Source: Ascidiella aspersa
Taxonomy: Eukaryota
Reading direction: 5' to 3'
NCBI GenBank assembly: GCA_963924565.1
Contig: OZ004615.1
Location: forward strand, 2,480,001-2,544,000
DNA length: 64,000 nucleotides
Both the position numbers and the translations under genes were made by a program. Shown here one piece after another: positions 43,836-64,000 of this stretch (position 1 is its first letter; each line of letters opens with the position of its first letter). The notes beneath the pieces were generated by a model. The model saw only the letters and a list, made by a program, of their open reading frames with translations, was not told where the DNA came from and ran no database searches.

Positions 43836-44172
43836 CAGGGGTTCTTAAACTTGGGTCCATGGACCCCTTGGGGGTCTGTGAGCTAGTTTAAGGGGTCCAT
43901 GAGGTCTTGATTAAAATATTAGTGTATTCCTAAAATGTAATAAATATTTCAAAAAAGACAGTTTAGTTTAAAGTAAAACGGTTTTGCACTAACTGTATTT
44001 AGACTCCATTTCACTTTCACAGTTTTTAGACTGAAATCATCTGATTTATAACTTCTATTTGCATTATGACGTTAATTTATGACGTCATTTTTGAAAATCT
44101 TTTTACCGTGGTCCGCGTGAGGCAAAAAAAAAATTTTAGGGGTCCGCGGTAAAAAAAGTTTAAGAACCCCTG
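43836..44172. mobile_element. hAT-type MITE family A, full copy (others ~1236-1566, 13309-13619, ~40033-40330, 47222-47515)
   Basis: TIR CAGGGGTTCTTAAACTT / AAGTTTAAGAACCCCTG, TSD AGTTAGAA/ATTTAGAA, internal GGGTCCATGGACCC palindrome. Confidence 0.88.
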
Positions 44173-44782
44173 ATTTAGAACAAAGTTAGAACGGTCAATA
44201 AAAATGGCGCTGAAATGCAAAAATCTTGATTCAGTATAGATAGATCAAAACTTTTCAAATATGATTTTTCGACAAGCTAAACATAATAGTGAAAACAAGT
44301 TAATTTTGTAAACTAAACTTAGGATTTATATAACACTAAAAAATAATATTAACCACTATGTGAAAACGTATGTCGCCGAGCATTTTGAGAATACAATATT
44401 AGTTCAATGTCATGAAGTGTTATCTGCTATGAATAAGGGTAGCTCCAAATTAAATTAGGACTTTAGGTGTCAGTCACTATAGCGCCAATAAAAGTATGGT
44501 AGCCGATAGTAAAAAATCACTTCTCCGCAAAGTTGCCTAGATGACCGTACGGATCCCTTGTTGGTCCAAATTTACTCTGTATGGGTCGTATTTATATCCA
44601 GAAGCTCAAGTTTTTATTGGAACAAGGTTTCGCGTAAAGTTTGAACAATTCATTAACCTGAAACCGCGTATAGAGTGGCAAACAACGTGAAAGCGGTGCA
44701 TATTCTCCCAGCTATGAACAACTAAGTCCTGGGCAAACTACAGGCTTTGTCTTACGACCGGGACAGCACGTTCAACCTACAG

Positions 44783-45249
44783 CAGCTTCTCAACCTTTTG
44801 TTTACTGTGTCTTACGTCAGTTTCGGACAATTTTTGCTCTGCTTACGTGACTAAGTGGAAAGATTTTTTTTTTGAGTGATAAGGGTTTTTTTCAATTAAT
44901 TTATAGAGGCCTATGGCACTAAAATTAAACGCCTGAAAATACTTTTACCTACTTGCGTGACAATAACGCACGTTGAAATGATTTAGAATAGCTTTCAAAT
45001 AATGGTTGCCTTTTTGAAAAAGTATGTAAATTTGATGAAATTTTAAAACAAAACCACTTTTTGTGTAGGATTAGACTGGAATAAACATCAATTATAACTC
45101 TCTACGTTGTGTAGAGTTGATTTGTGTTGTTTCAGTTCCGTTTATTGTCACATTTTAGTGAATTAACTACGGAAAAATCTTATAGGGATGCCGCAAGCTA
45201 TAATTTTTTCTGAGGGGCACCCCAAGCCATAAAAGGTTGGGAAACACTG
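44783..45249. mobile_element. hAT-type MITE (3' part also at ~51800-51990), apparently nested in another MITE (~44725-45380)
   Basis: CAGC..TTCTCAACCTTTT ... AAAAGGTTGGGAAACACTG; ~190-bp similarity to 51800-51990. Confidence 0.65.
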
Positions 45250-45493
45250 GTCCTAGCCAAATAAGGTCAATTCAAAATTGTATATCCGGCTTGCGATCTC
45301 AATATTTAAAGCTATCTGGCCCGTAATCTCTATATTTTCAGAGTTATCTGGCCCTTGGTGAAAAAAATTGTCACCGCATGGGTTTTACTGCTTTTGTTCT
45401 TCAAATCAAAATTACTGTTTTTGTTCTTCAGAAAAAAGCAAGACTAGTTTACCAGCTTCGACGCTTTGTCTATAGGATTTACCCACTAGCAAA

Positions 45494-61648
<16,155 letters not shown>

Positions 61649-63580
61649 CTCGTAACTCGAACTGAGTTGGCGAGTAGAACTCAACCGTCAAGTAACATTC
61701 GTATTAGACACGCTGTATTGATATAAACATTCGCGGGACCTCCTAATAATTCTAAAGTTACCCTAACTACTAAACTAGGGTTTTCAGTTATTCATATACT
61801 ATACTCGCTTGCTCGTATCCAGATTAACTCACAGTTGCAGCCTATTCTGATCAAGTTAACGTTGTGTGGCTATAAAAACACTTTTGGACCTCCTAATAGT
61901 TTCAGATTTATGCAAACCACTTAACCAATGTTTCTCAAAATGGTTTGGAATCACTACTGTAGTACATTGACTGCGATATTAAATTCAGGAATATTGCGGT
62001 CCATATTCCTCAGCCGTGTAACCACAGAGAACCCACTGTTTTTCTAACTTCTAATAAAATGCCGTGTCCCTTTTGCGTGTTTACGCAGTTCCTTAGTAAA
62101 ATTCGAATATAAATTTTTTATTTCGTAAAGTTGTATTAAAGTTTCACCGACTATTCGCGAAAAACATGACCCACTGCTATCGAAACAAAGTGTGTGCGTA
62201 AAGTGTTCTGCTCGTTCCCTTCTGCACTTGTATTTATTGTGTTATTTTTTTATTACGTGATATTTGTAAAAAAAAGCCCATGATAAAAAATACACCAGTC
62301 CCATTGTATACGCTTTTGCAAACAATACCAAGCGTATTGTAAACTATGGCTAAGCAATTGCATTTAGGTTCATTACATACCGTATTTTTTTCATTTCGCT
62401 GCAGTTATTTTAAAGTTTCATGTTTTTTCTTTTTGGTAATTGTGTATATATTGCATGTTTTTATTTGGGCGTTGCGTTTTTATTTTATAACATTTCCAAT
62501 TTAAATACCATAAAAGAAAATCAACAGATGATTTTCGTCAAAATTATTTTAATTTTAAAACCTTTACCAAATCGTGTCATTTTATACAACAATTGTGACC
62601 TTATTTAGGTTAAAACGTTGTTTATCGCCTATTGGGTTTCTACAGATTGTCCAATTGTGATGAATATATTTTCGAACAAATAGTTTAAATATACTGTTGT
62701 TTACACATTTGAACTGCATTTAATATAGTCGTTGTGTTTGTTTGAATGTACATAGTAAAAGTGCACCATTTATTCATTTGCGCATTGTTACAAAATATAG
62801 CTTAAAGTTAGTGGAATGAGTTTATCGTATGGCATCCTGATGTGCAATCACTATGGACGTTATATGAAGAGGAAATGGTTAGTCCTATTGTTTCTACTTA
62901 ACGCTAGAAACCAGCTGTTTAAGTGTTTACCAGATTTTCTTTGCTGAACGCTGCACGATTCTCCTGGCTAACGGACAGCGACACGCGACACATTTATTTG
63001 TAAACTTTTAAATTGTGAAACAACATAAAAAAATCAGTTGAAAATTGTGCCCGTGTAATATTCTGTAATCTACGCAAAAATTTATTTAAAATTGAATTGG
63101 AGAAGTTATTAGACATAAAATATTAAGTCCCTTAATTAGAGCGACATGTCGCGTTATGCGTTGCCGCGTGTCTCTATACAGCGTGCATTGCCAACTACAC
63201 AGTTGTAATATATTGTAGTATAATTTAATTTTGTGGATTTATAAGCAACATGTAAAAAATTGCGTAATATTTGCTTCTCAATAAACTAAGCGGCGCTGGT
63301 CTAGAATCCTACCACTTTTTCGTCCTGGGTTTTATATTGCTGACATTATTGAGTTAGGGTGCAAGTCAGCCTTTGGGTTTTGAAGATCAGCGCTCAGACT
63401 GTCTGACCCTAACTTTAAAAGAAAGTTGGGCGCTGTTCTAGAATCCTACCCCATTTATTTTAGCTCAAATATTGTGTGTGATTTAATAATTGTTTATACC
63501 CTGTGGTGATTTCTAGACCAGAGCCCTTAACTGTTTTAAATTGGGTGATTGATAAACAGACCAGCAGTAATACATAGTTG

Positions 63581-63783
63581 GGCGCTGGTCTAGAATCCTA
63601 CCACAATGAAACACCATTTGGGTTAGGGTGCGGGTTAGCGTTTGGGTTAAGGTGGGTCAAGTATTATTATTAAACAAAGAATATAATAATACTTGACCCA
63701 CCCACACCCAAACGCTAACCCGCAACCTAACTCAAATTTTGTGCGTTGATTTTAGAACTGTGGTAGGATTCTAGACCAGCGCC
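63581..63783. mobile_element. Fully palindromic MITE with GGTTAG-type subterminal motifs (partial copies at 63292 and 63429)
   Basis: GGCGCTGGTCTAGAATCCTACCACA ... TGTGGTAGGATTCTAGACCAGCGCC, TSD CATAGTTG(G). Confidence 0.88.
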
Positions 63784-64000
63784 CATAGTTGGAATATCAA
63801 AACCCATACACAAGTAGATAGCATTTTGAACGTTTTGAATAACTTTTTATTTATTTTTGACATAGCTATGTTAAAGAGTTATTCGCACTGTTAAAAATGC
63901 TACCCACTTGTGCATGAGCTTCAATATTCTTACTACGTCTAACTACAACCTCCAACTAGGGTTCCTCTCTGGGAATGTTTCGACGGAAAATTCCTGGGAT

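Overview
AT-rich eukaryotic (animal) genomic DNA with GT-AG introns and a dense load of short repeats. The general style suggests an invertebrate such as a tunicate, but I cannot determine this from the sequence. The window holds two complete, tandem, same-strand (+) paralogous cGMP-dependent protein kinase (PKG) genes, which I reconstructed exon by exon. Gene A spans 21663-37816 (13 coding exons, 790 aa) and gene B spans 45494-61648 (14 coding exons, 735 aa). Each has an N-terminal coiled coil, a pseudosubstrate, two cyclic-nucleotide-binding (CNB) domains and an AGC kinase domain. Several diagnostic residues lean towards PRKG2, but orthology is unresolved. The first ~21 kb has no recognisable coding exon. 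Non-coding DNA contains hAT-type MITEs with 8-bp TSDs, a tRNA-derived SINE, palindromic elements and many local duplications. Most notable: (1) three sequence families of minimal hammerhead-ribozyme motifs (Penelope-like), often as fold-back pairs, two of them on the sense strand of PKG introns; (2) repeated intronic 'echo' copies of exon/intron junctions in both genes, including a potential alternative last exon and a 50-bp tandem array of a splice acceptor; (3) Cys/basic N-termini instead of a myristoylation Gly, and an RGA instead of R(T/S)A cGMP-binding motif in gene A; (4) a 1.26-kb tandem duplication of an octamer/Sox-POU motif cluster just upstream of gene A; (5) strong over-representation of the CRE palindrome TGACGTCA, partly carried by MITEs.
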